From: an uncultured virus (IMG/VR IMGVR_UViG_3300033388_007403)
Lineage: Duplodnaviria > Heunggongvirae > Uroviricota > Caudoviricetes
Direction: 5' to 3' (one strand)
IMG/VR virus record: IMGVR_UViG_3300033388_007403
Length of the DNA stretch: 20,000 bases
Numbering within the stretch: position 1 is the first letter of the stretch; each line of letters opens with the position of its first letter. The notes beneath the pieces were generated by a model. The model worked only from the letters and a program-made list of their open reading frames with translations, was not told the DNA's origin and searched no databases. Position numbers and translations under genes: made by a program. Shown here piece after piece: positions 1 through 6,430 of the stretch.

Positions 1-104
1 CTACTTCTGTCTTCGGTGCTGTAACTTCTGTCACATTCATTATGCATCTCCAAAAAAATCATCGTTAACAATTTATAAATTATAATTTTTTCACTCTGGC
101 GGAT

Positions 105-188
105 TGCCCAGAAGAGGACTCGAACCTCCAAGCCAATTAAGGCATATGCCCCTCAAGCATACGTGTTTGCCGATTTCACCACCTGGGC
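105..188 (-). tRNA. tRNA-Leu(GAG)
   Basis: Cloverleaf GCCCAGG...TCTGGGC-A; anticodon arm TATGC-TTGAGGG-GCATA; long variable arm; GGTTCGAGTCC T arm. Confidence 0.92.
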
Positions 189-192
189 TTAA

Positions 193-266
193 TACTCCTG
201 GTGGGATTCGAACCCACAAACCCTGCGTTTTAATCGCAGTCCATAAGCCAATTCTGGTACAAGAGC
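193..266 (-). tRNA. tRNA with TAA (Leu) anticodon, short variable arm
   Basis: GCTCTTG/CAGGAGT-A; CTGCG-ATTAAAA-CGCAG; GTGGGTTCGAATCCCAC. Confidence 0.8.
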
Positions 267-365
267 TTAAATTATTTTTATTATTATTTATTCTATCTCC
301 ATCAATATAATCAACTTCAAGAAGAATTAATTCCCCAAACCATTTTTTAAAACCACTACCAAAAA
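267..365 (-). pseudogene. HNH endonuclease remnant
   Basis: Reads KKWFGELILLEVDYIDGDRINNNKNNL, matching the LELDHIDGD..NN..NL motif of the HNH at 1557-2246; no start codon of its own. Confidence 0.6.
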
Positions 366-439
366 TACCCAGAAGTGGATTTGAACCACCAAACACGACA
401 TTTTAAATCTCGCGGCTTTGCCAATTAGCCTACCTGGGC
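366..439 (-). tRNA. tRNA with TAA (Leu) anticodon, short variable arm
   Basis: GCCCAGG/TCTGGGT-A; CGAGA-TTTAAAA-TGTCG (one mismatch); GGTGGTTCAAATCCACT. Confidence 0.75.
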
Positions 440-642
440 TTTATTTTATCTCTATACCCAATCAGTGCTTTATATATTCTCAACTGGATCTCAGAATCAA
501 ATTCTAAAACACCACTCTCCACTACTTCTATCATTACTTCCCTGGATCTCTGAAAGATATCACCATCAGTGCTATCTTGCACTAGAGTTGTAGCCGCTGC
601 AGTTGTTAAATTATTAATATAATCTTGTTGTAGTTTATTCAA
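430..642 (-). CDS. hypothetical protein (70 aa)
   Basis: ORF overlapping the upstream ORF end; GGAG RBS-like sequence. Confidence 0.6.
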   Translation of the reverse strand: MNKLQQDYINNLTTAAATTLVQDSTDGDIFQRSREVMIEVVESGVLEFDSEIQLRIYKALIGYRDKIKPR

Positions 643-838
643 CTATTACATCCTCCATCTCTATTATCTCTTTTATATGAACCTCTAAACCACATGCATC
701 ACATGAAAGATAATGATGCTCATTTGATTCACACTCATCAAACAAATGAATATCTCTTTTACAGAAATACTTCTTAAACAACCACCAAAAGAATTTATTC
801 TGCAAAAAAGAAAAATATGTTATACCTCTATATTTCAT
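635..838 (-). CDS. hypothetical protein, possible Zn ligands (C..H, CDAC)
   Basis: 67-aa ORF in an overlapping operon arrangement. Confidence 0.65.
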   Translation of the reverse strand: MKYRGITYFSFLQNKFFWWLFKKYFCKRDIHLFDECESNEHHYLSCDACGLEVHIKEIIEMEDVIVE

Positions 839-1043
839 AATTTTTCACTCCATGGACAAAATAACAATCATCATTAATCTTATCTACTTTTACCCTCTTC
901 CAAGGATTTGTATATTTATTTTTCTTACCATTATCATAACGAATAAAAATGATATCCCCTACTTTGGGGAGAGATCTCTTACTCTTCACAATAGCTGCAC
1001 CATAAGGCATAGTACCTAATTTTACATATGGTAATTTAATCAT
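828..1043 (-). CDS. hypothetical protein (MIKLPYVKLG...)
   Basis: ORF; start moved to ATG 1043 because the longer call overlaps tRNA-Trp. Confidence 0.6.
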   Translation of the reverse strand: MIKLPYVKLGTMPYGAAIVKSKRSLPKVGDIIFIRYDNGKKNKYTNPWKRVKVDKINDDCYFVHGVKNYEI

Positions 1044-1080
1044 AATGAGTAAGTGAGATTTTTTCTCACTCTGGCGGAAA

Positions 1081-1152
1081 CAGGCACACAAGGATTCGAA
1101 CCCTGAACTTTTCTTTTGGAGAGAAAAATGATAGCCATTTCACCATGCGCCT
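1081..1152 (-). tRNA. tRNA-Trp(CCA)
   Basis: AGGCGCA/TGTGCCT-G; TTTCT-CTCCAAA-AGAAA. Confidence 0.9.
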
Positions 1153-1157
1153 TTAAA

Positions 1158-1231
1158 CGTATGCGGAAAGAATCGAACTCTCCTCATCGGGATTTGGAAA
1201 CCCAATCGCCTGCCTTGGAACATTCGCATAC
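1158..1231 (-). tRNA. atypical tRNA, CCA (Trp) anticodon
   Basis: GTATGCG/CGCATAC-G acceptor; GAGAG-TTCGATT-CTTTC T arm; loop TTCCAAA; aberrant D arm and A8. Confidence 0.65.
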
Positions 1232-1236
1232 AATAA

Positions 1237-1309
1237 TATCCCTGGAAGGACTCTAACCCTCATCTTCGCGTCCGTAGCGCGATGTTCTATACAATTATAC
1301 TACAAGGAT
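1237..1309 (-). tRNA. tRNA-Arg(ACG)
   Basis: ATCCTTG/CAGGGAT-A; TCGCG-CTACGGA-CGCGA; T loop variant TTAGAGT. Confidence 0.85.
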
Positions 1310-1314
1310 CTAAA

Positions 1315-1387
1315 TGCTCTCGCCCAGACTCAAACTGGGATCTTTTCTTTAGGAGAGAAATATTCTATTCTGTTATACTACGAGAGC
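1315..1387 (-). tRNA. tRNA-Arg(CCT)
   Basis: GCTCTCG/CGAGAGC-A; TTTCT-CTCCTAA-AGAAA. Confidence 0.88.
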
Positions 1388-1391
1388 TAAA

Positions 1392-1464
1392 TACACCTGA
1401 GAGGACTCGAACCTCCAACACTCAGTTTAGAAATCTGAGACTCTTCCATTTGAGCTACAGGTGC
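1392..1464 (-). tRNA. tRNA-Arg(TCT)
   Basis: GCACCTG/CAGGTGT-A; loop TTTCTAA; GGAGGTTCGAGTCCTCT. Confidence 0.9.
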
Positions 1465-1469
1465 TTTAA

Positions 1470-1555
1470 TACCGAAGACAGGAATCGAACCTGCACTCCC
1501 TTAACGGGAACAAGGACCTAAACCTTGCGTGTCTGCCTAGTTTCACCACTTCGGC
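1470..1555 (-). tRNA. tRNA-Leu(TAG)
   Basis: GCCGAAG/CTTCGGT-A; CAAGG-TTTAGGT-CCTTG; long variable arm. Confidence 0.92.
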
Positions 1556-1556
1556 T

Positions 1557-2246
1557 TTATTCTAACCATTTTCTGATGCAAGTATCACTTACACCATATT
1601 TTCTTCCTACAGCACAATAATTAGTATCTTTAACTTCTTTTAATAATTGTTCTTTAGAAGGTCTATTTTTAACTTTTTTTTCTACATTAGAATAGTCTCT
1701 AGTTCTATTAAAACAAGAGCTACACAATCCAGTCTTTGATTTCTTTTTTGTGCTCTTCCCGCACGAATCACAATAAAATAATATTTTTGGTATTATTTTT
1801 CTTCTTCTAAAAGTAGAAGTTTGACTATGACAATGAAGACATAATATTCTTAAATTAGACAATTCATTATTATAAATATCTCCATCAATATGATCTAATT
1901 CTAATGTAAGAGGTTCATTATTCCAAATTGGTAATTGACCACATTTAGAGCACTTATTGTCTATCAATCCCTCTCTTATTAATCTTTTTTTTAAGTAAGT
2001 AGATTTTACAACAACATCTTTTTTAAGATAAAAACTTAATGGCTCCTTATATTTATTAAAATTATAAGATTGAGTCCCAAAATGAGTTGTATCTAAATCC
2101 AATTCTTTTATTTTATTCTTAATAACCTTATGAGTTCCACCAGCTGGTCTTAATCCCAATTTTCTAATAACCTGGGTTACACTAAAGCTTTCTTTTACAG
2201 ATAAAATTATATCTTCATTAGTATATTCTCTATATTGTCTTACCAT
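1557..2246 (-). CDS. HNH homing endonuclease with Zn finger and C-terminal HTH
   Basis: CSKC...LELDHIDGDIYNNELSNLRILCLHCHSQT HNH motif; C-terminal AVGRKYGVSDTCIRKW HTH; GGGAG RBS. Confidence 0.9.
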   Translation of the reverse strand: MVRQYREYTNEDIILSVKESFSVTQVIRKLGLRPAGGTHKVIKNKIKELDLDTTHFGTQSYNFNKYKEPLSFYLKKDVVVKSTYLKKRLIREGLIDNKCSKCGQLPIWNNEPLTLELDHIDGDIYNNELSNLRILCLHCHSQTSTFRRRKIIPKILFYCDSCGKSTKKKSKTGLCSSCFNRTRDYSNVEKKVKNRPSKEQLLKEVKDTNYCAVGRKYGVSDTCIRKWLE

Positions 2247-2283
2247 TTTTATTCTCCCATATAAATATCATTCTATCTATATA

Positions 2284-2310
2284 TTCGATATAAAATGGCA
2301 GATACCTTTA
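2284..2310 (-). promoter_or_regulatory. TAAAGG-N16-TCGAA promoter-like motif upstream of the HNH gene
   Basis: Same bipartite motif with identical spacing at five sites. Confidence 0.6.
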
Positions 2311-2320
2311 ATTATTTCTG

Positions 2321-2347
2321 GAACTTTGCCAGTTTGCCCACCCCCGC
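2321..2347 (-). pseudogene. 5' fragment of a Leu-type tRNA
   Basis: GCGGGGGTGGGCAAACTGGCAAAGTTC (acceptor 5' strand plus D arm) ends abruptly at the HNH upstream region. Confidence 0.65.
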
Positions 2348-2459
2348 TTTAGTGCTACAAAAAATATTCTCCCACCTAGTCTACGCAGCAAGGATCTTGT
2401 AAAACTGATCAATTCTCCCAACTAATCCTGAAGGGTGGTTTTTCAGTGACGAATATTAA

Positions 2460-2530
2460 TGCGCCTGCCCAGACTCGAACTGAGAAAGCTAGCTTGGAAG
2501 GCTAGCGTGTTACCATTACACCACAGGCGC
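2460..2530 (-). tRNA. tRNA-Gly(TCC)
   Basis: GCGCCTG/CAGGCGC-A; CTAGC-CTTCCAA-GCTAG. Confidence 0.92.
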
Positions 2531-2536
2531 TTTAAA

Positions 2537-2644
2537 GAATTGGTAGGGACGAAAGGTCGTGGGCTTTGACCCCACCTACCACACCACAGTCCAGAATCCA
2601 GTTTACTGTGATACTGTTTTCCTAGTGTACACCTACCCATTCTA
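2537..2644 (-). ncRNA. candidate structured RNA with T-arm-like hairpin
   Basis: Terminal stem AGAATGGGTAGG/CCTACCAATTCT; CACAGT/ACTGTG hairpin; GTGGG-GTCAAAG-CCCAC. Confidence 0.5.
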
Positions 2645-2645
2645 A

Positions 2646-2717
2646 AGTGGATGGTGGGAATCGAACCCACACATTACGGTGTTGCAAACCGCACCCTTGC
2701 CATTCGGGATCACCCAC
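2646..2717 (-). tRNA. tRNA-Cys(GCA)
   Basis: GTGGGTG/CATCCAC-T (U73); GCGGT-TTGCAAC-ACCGT. Confidence 0.88.
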
Positions 2718-2722
2718 ATAAG

Positions 2723-2795
2723 GACCAAAGACGGGATTTGAACCCGTACCGAAAGATTCACAGTCTTCCATGCTACCAATTACACCACCTTGGAC
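2723..2795 (-). tRNA. tRNA-His(GTG)
   Basis: GAAGA-CTGTGAA-TCTTT; G-1/C73. Confidence 0.88.
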
Positions 2796-2894
2796 ATCTA
2801 CGGTTTACTTTTAGTTATTGTGTAGGGAGTCTCACCGTTTAAAAACAACCCTTGCAGTTTATTCCCATTTGGCCAAATAGGACCGCAACTTACG

Positions 2895-2978
2895 TGAGAG
2901 CACTCGGAGTCGAACCGAGACACCCTTGCGGGAACGTTTTTACAGACCGCCGAGGTTCACCATGTCCCCTATACTCCC
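2895..2978 (-). tRNA. tRNA-Tyr(GTA)
   Basis: GGGAGTA/TGCTCTC-A; loop CTGTAAA; long variable arm CCC-GCAA-GGG. Confidence 0.88.
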
Positions 2979-2987
2979 TTTTGTAAA

Positions 2988-3061
2988 TACCCCTGAGTGG
3001 ATTCGAACCACCAAGACTTTCGGTTAAGAGCCGAATGCTTTGCCTAATAAGCTTCAGAGGC
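2988..3061 (-). tRNA. tRNA-Lys(CTT)
   Basis: GCCTCTG/CAGGGGT-A; TTCGG-CTCTTAA-CCGAA. Confidence 0.9.
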
Positions 3062-3066
3062 TTGAA

Positions 3067-3219
3067 TATAAGACAAAAATTTATGCAGTTAATATCACCG
3101 GGTATCTATCTCAGTTATATTAAATACATGAATCTTTTTCAAAACATATTATACTAAACATGTCTTCATGTCAAAGCTAGATACCATAGCTCCTAGTATA
3201 AAATATTTCTAGTCTTATA
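3067..3219 (-). ncRNA. candidate rod-shaped ncRNA
   Basis: Three nested inverted repeats (TATAAGAC/GTCTTATA, GGTATCTA/TAGATACC, ACATGAA/TTCATGT) separated by unpaired bubbles. Confidence 0.5.
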
Positions 3220-3220
3220 A

Positions 3221-3305
3221 TGAGAGTGGAGGGATTCGAACCCACACGTCCGTTAGGATCCTGGTTAAAAGCCAGGTACAGACTGCCAATATCTGCAACA
3301 CTCCC
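3221..3305 (-). tRNA. type II (long variable arm) tRNA with TTT (Lys) anticodon
   Basis: GGGAGTG/CACTCTC-A; CCTGG-CTTTTAA-CCAGG; variable arm ATCCTAACGGACGT. Confidence 0.85.
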
Positions 3306-3306
3306 T

Positions 3307-3606
3307 CTACTTCTTTGCTAACTGCTCATCTTCTATCTGGATCTTAACTTCTTTCAACTCATCCCGATATTTAGTAATAATCTCTAAAAGTCCTTGATAT
3401 AATCTGTAAGATATTTCAGGAAACATTTTAATCTTACTCATATTACTATCTAATATAGAAGCCATAATCACACCTTTATGACTAGTTATACTGATGTTCT
3501 CGACATTATCTAATAATCCATTACAATCATCAATTTCATCAGCAATTTCTAGCCTTTGTTTTTTATTATTTTTACACGCAAAAAAACCAGATGGTTTATG
3601 TCCCAT
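3307..3606 (-). CDS. hypothetical protein (99 aa)
   Basis: ORF overlapping the end of the upstream HNH ORF. Confidence 0.65.
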   Translation of the reverse strand: MGHKPSGFFACKNNKKQRLEIADEIDDCNGLLDNVENISITSHKGVIMASILDSNMSKIKMFPEISYRLYQGLLEIITKYRDELKEVKIQIEDEQLAKK

Positions 3607-4111
3607 TACTACTCTTCAGAATTCTATTACTTATATTTAATTTATCACCAAACGGTGCTACTGTTTTAATTATCCCATTATTAGAATGGGGAAGGGAGAG
3701 TATCTTACTACCCTTCCTATTATTACATTGATCACACATAGTCTGAAGATTATCCAGATGATTAGCTCCACCTTTTGACTTAGGCATTATATGATCCTTT
3801 GTCATAAGCCTTGCTTTTCCTTCAAATATAGCATAAAGATTAAAATGAGTACTATCTCGATCAGATCTACTTGTAAAAGTATCAGCACTGATTATAGTAC
3901 CTTCTAACCCACATCTTGTACATCTCCTGGATCTTTTAAAACACTGAAGTCGTAATGAGTCAATCCTTATAAGGTGCAACGTTCCTTTAATATCTACTTC
4001 AATAGAACCAGCATTAGGATCAACTAGATCTAATACACTTTCAGGTTCATATGACTGTAAGTGGATATATCCATTATACAATATTTCTTCATCAATTATC
4101 TTCAGCATCAT
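3596..4111 (-). CDS. HNH endonuclease
   Basis: CTRC...MTKDHIMPKSKGGANHLDNLQTMCDQCNNRKG HNH motif. Confidence 0.88.
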   Translation of the reverse strand: MMLKIIDEEILYNGYIHLQSYEPESVLDLVDPNAGSIEVDIKGTLHLIRIDSLRLQCFKRSRRCTRCGLEGTIISADTFTSRSDRDSTHFNLYAIFEGKARLMTKDHIMPKSKGGANHLDNLQTMCDQCNNRKGSKILSLPHSNNGIIKTVAPFGDKLNISNRILKSSNGT

Positions 4112-4122
4112 TTCCCTTTCAA

Positions 4123-4196
4123 TGGGTCTGACAGGAATCGAACCTGCGACAAATCGGTTAAAAGCCGAATGCTCTACCTAACTGAGCTACAGACCC
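4123..4196 (-). tRNA. tRNA-Lys(TTT)
   Basis: GGGTCTG/CAGACCC-A; loop CTTTTAA; canonical D and T arms. Confidence 0.93.
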
Positions 4197-4418
4197 TTAT
4201 AGGCTATCTGTTCCACTTTTTGTTCTACAATGTGGACACACTGGTTTTGCCTTCACTGAGATATCCCATCCACCCAATTCATCAACAGGAATATGACTCA
4301 GAGCTTGATCTCTGTTCAGATAATCATCTCCAATTAATAAGCTGTCCTGGATATTACACTCACAACATTCAAGTTCTAATGTGAACCTAGTAACTTGTTT
4401 TTTTTCTATTTTAAACAT
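4197..4418 (-). CDS. small Zn-binding hypothetical protein
   Basis: CCEC...CPHC motifs. Confidence 0.65.
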   Translation of the reverse strand: MFKIEKKQVTRFTLELECCECNIQDSLLIGDDYLNRDQALSHIPVDELGGWDISVKAKPVCPHCRTKSGTDSL

Positions 4419-4770
4419 TTATTCCTTCTTCTACTCTTTTCCAATTTACATGTTTCCAACCACCACCTTTAGATAATTGCAGCAAGTTCTTAGCTCTGTC
4501 TTTTCCAAAACTAAGGATCCTATCAGCATGTTCATCTGAACATAGCTTTTTCGGTGCTATATATGAATTTTCTTCTGAATGCTTCAGTAACTCAGCTATC
4601 TCTGGGCTGATATACTCTTTCTTGCCATTACCATTCTTCTTTTCTTTCTTTTCGGTGCTGGGCTTTTCTTTTTTCCGCGAAGAAAAATCAAATCCACATC
4701 CTGGACAGATTCTTGTTCTAACACCTAATTCAAGGCTACACTCTGGACAAGTTTTTTTACCTTTTGGCAT
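4411..4770 (-). CDS. Zn-ribbon hypothetical protein (MPKGKKTCPEC...CPGC)
   Basis: N-terminal double CxxC; AAGGAAG upstream of ATG 4770. Confidence 0.75.
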   Translation of the reverse strand: MPKGKKTCPECSLELGVRTRICPGCGFDFSSRKKEKPSTEKKEKKNGNGKKEYISPEIAELLKHSEENSYIAPKKLCSDEHADRILSFGKDRAKNLLQLSKGGGWKHVNWKRVEEGINV

Positions 4771-4832
4771 TCTTCTTCCTTTCAATAAATATTAACACCT
4801 TATTAATGTTATATTTTTTCACTCTGGCGGAA

Positions 4833-4906
4833 TGAGTCCTCCTGGATTCGAACCAGGAAATCGCCAAGTTATGAGCTTGGTGCTCTGCCAGTTGAGCTAA
4901 GGACCC
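4833..4906 (-). tRNA. tRNA(CAT), probably Ile2 or elongator Met
   Basis: GGGTCCT/AGGACTC-A; CCAAG-CTCATAA-CTTGG. Confidence 0.88.
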
Positions 4907-4909
4907 AAG

Positions 4910-4985
4910 TGGAGATGAGTGGAATCGAACCACCGACACCCGCCTCTTCAGGGCAGTGCTCTACCAAAAACTGAGCTACATCTCC
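4910..4985 (-). tRNA. tRNA-Phe(GAA)
   Basis: GGAGATG/CATCTCC-A; CTGCC-CTGAAGA-GGCGG. Confidence 0.9.
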
Positions 4986-4990
4986 AATAA

Positions 4991-5066
4991 TAGCGGGAGC
5001 AGGATTCGAACCTGCGTCAAACGGCTTATGAGACCGTGCTGGAACCAAACTCCAGTCCACCCCGCG
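4991..5066 (-). tRNA. initiator-like tRNA-Met(CAT)
   Basis: CGCGGGG start with a C1 mismatch; ACGGT-CTCATAA-GCCGT. Confidence 0.85.
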
Positions 5067-5073
5067 ATAAAAA

Positions 5074-5144
5074 AGCCGATGATAGGAGTCGAACCCACAT
5101 TTCCTGAGTACAAAACAGGAGTATTGCCATTATACTACATCGGC
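5074..5144 (-). tRNA. tRNA-Thr(TGT)
   Basis: GCCGATG/CATCGGC-T; loop TTTGTAC. Confidence 0.88.
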
Positions 5145-5154
5145 GTTTAAAAAA

Positions 5155-5248
5155 TTCCAGATACATTAGAGATAAAAGTGATTTCCAATTTCCCCAGTGG
5201 GGATGATAAGATTCGAACTTATGATAACTTTTATCATTCAACCTGGAT
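5155..5248 (-). ncRNA. Y RNA (YrlA)-like RNA, copy 1, reduced permuted tRNA module
   Basis: TCCAGGTTGA-N9-GTTATC...GTATCTGGA; GATAAAAGT/ACTTTTATC stem; T arm ATAAG-TTCGAAT-CTTAT precedes a TCCCC/GGGGA hairpin and a D-like AATTGG. Confidence 0.7.
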
Positions 5249-5250
5249 AA

Positions 5251-5323
5251 TGGATACATACGGGACTCGAACCCGTAATTCCTGGGTGCAAACCAAGTGT
5301 GTTCCCAATTACACCAATGACCC
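5251..5323 (-). tRNA. tRNA-Ala(TGC), bulged acceptor stem
   Basis: G3:U70; CTTGG-TTTGCAC-CCAGG; one extra T in the acceptor 3' strand. Confidence 0.82.
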
Positions 5324-5395
5324 ATAGTCCTTTGCGGTAGACCTATATTATCTACCCTTCAAGTGATCAACTAAGGCTATTTTCAAACAAAGGAA

Positions 5396-5466
5396 TGGAG
5401 ATACCGAGAATCGAACTCGGATTTGGACATTGCAAGTGTCCTGTGCTCCCGTTACACTATACCCCC
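5396..5466 (-). tRNA. tRNA-Ala(TGC)
   Basis: GGGGGTA/TATCTCC-A; GGACA-CTTGCAA-TGTCC. Confidence 0.9.
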
Positions 5467-5551
5467 AACTAATTAATCATTCATCATCATAAAAACAAAA
5501 ATTAAAATAATAATCCAAAATACTGACATCTCTCCCCCCCTAAATCTCTAT

Positions 5552-5725
5552 TTATTTCACTCTCCTAAAGAGATCCACAGTAGCAGTAATCGGTGCTAGA
5601 GCTGTATGAAATAAGAATTTGATAAACAAAAATGGTCCTACAGGATCAGCAGTATAAAAATATTCATCTGCTTTCCATTTTCCCCATTCCAAACACATCC
5701 ATGCATAACATACTTCCATAATCAT
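5552..5725 (-). CDS. hypothetical protein (57 aa, MIMEVCYAWMCLEWGKWKADEY...)
   Basis: Manually read ORF below the track cutoff; purine-rich RBS. Confidence 0.5.
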   Translation of the reverse strand: MIMEVCYAWMCLEWGKWKADEYFYTADPVGPFLFIKFLFHTALAPITATVDLFRRVK

Positions 5726-5790
5726 TACTCTTTCCTTTCTTTTTTACTTTACTAATGAGACTTTTTCTTACTCTGGCGGAATTAAAAAAA

Positions 5791-5919
5791 TGTGGATACG
5801 GTGTTAGAGAACATATTAAAACTCTACCAATTGAGATATACAGTGCCAGGCACTGCACCAGGACTCGAACCTAGATACTTTGATTTAACAGTCAGATAAC
5901 GTTCACTATTCAACCCACT
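5791..5919 (-). ncRNA. Y RNA (YrlA)-like RNA, copy 2, full permuted tRNA module
   Basis: GTGGGTTGA-N9-GTTATCT...GTATCCAC; order is T arm (CTAGGTTCGAGTCCTGG), then closed acceptor (TGCAGTGC/GCACTGTA), then D arm (CTCAATTGGTAGAG). Confidence 0.8.
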
Positions 5920-5923
5920 TTAA

Positions 5924-5996
5924 TCTCTCTAGAAGGATTCGAACCTTCACCCCACGGCCCCAAACCGCGCGTGCAACCAAGTAACACTTTAGAGAG
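5924..5996 (-). tRNA. tRNA-Pro(TGG)
   Basis: CTCTCTA/TAGAGAG-A; CGCGG-TTTGGGG-CCGTG. Confidence 0.9.
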
Positions 5997-6001
5997 TAAA
6001 A

Positions 6002-6070
6002 TAACGGATACGTTAATACAAAAAAGTTTTAGCCATTTCAAGTAGATAACTTTCTCATTTCAACCCGTTA
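6002..6070 (-). ncRNA. Y RNA-like RNA, copy 3 (minimal, stem only)
   Basis: TAACGGGTTGA-N9-GTTATCT...GTATCCGTTA. Confidence 0.7.
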
Positions 6071-6172
6071 AAATTAAGTAATAAGACAGAATCCAGCTCT
6101 GACATACACTTTCTTATGAAAGTGTGTTTTAATAAAAGATTAAATTAAACTATTATTACTTAATATATTAAA

Positions 6173-6247
6173 TAGCGGAGGATGGATTCGAACCACCGAC
6201 TTTTTGGTTATGAGCCAAACGAGCTGACCAGACTGCTCTACCCCGCG
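6173..6247 (-). tRNA. tRNA-fMet(CAT)-like
   Basis: CGCGGGGTAGAGCAGTCTGGTCAGCTCG; TTTGG-CTCATAA-CCAAA. Confidence 0.9.
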
Positions 6248-6283
6248 ATAAAAATATCTTATAAATAATTAAGGCTGACAATC

Positions 6284-6305
6284 TAACCAGACTGCTCTAC
6301 CCCGT
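6284..6305 (-). pseudogene. 5' fragment duplicate of tRNA-fMet
   Basis: CGGGGTAGAGCAGTCTGGT identical to the 5' part of the tRNA at 6173-6247. Confidence 0.7.
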
Positions 6306-6355
6306 AAATAGCGATATTCGGAATCGAACCGAAGACTCAGACGTATGATTTTTAA

Positions 6356-6427
6356 TAGTAGGGACTGGATTTGAACCAGCATTATCCTTCGTATGAAAAA
6401 GGAGCATTGTCATTATGCTACCCTACC
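6356..6427 (-). tRNA. tRNA(CAT) nested inside the insertion
   Basis: GGTAGGG/CCCTACT-A; CCTTT-TTCATAC-GAAGG; GCTGGTTCAAATCCAGT. Confidence 0.82.
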
Positions 6428-6430
6428 TTT

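Noticed and set aside
91..396. Short ORFs from the track over tRNA clusters (e.g. 91-396, 104-310, 1282-1521, 2443-2670, 2651-2842, 4757-5325, 5664-5858, 6371-6607)
   Set aside because: They overlap well-formed tRNA or ncRNA genes and translate tRNA motifs, so they are spurious. The HNH remnant segment within 91-396 is the exception.
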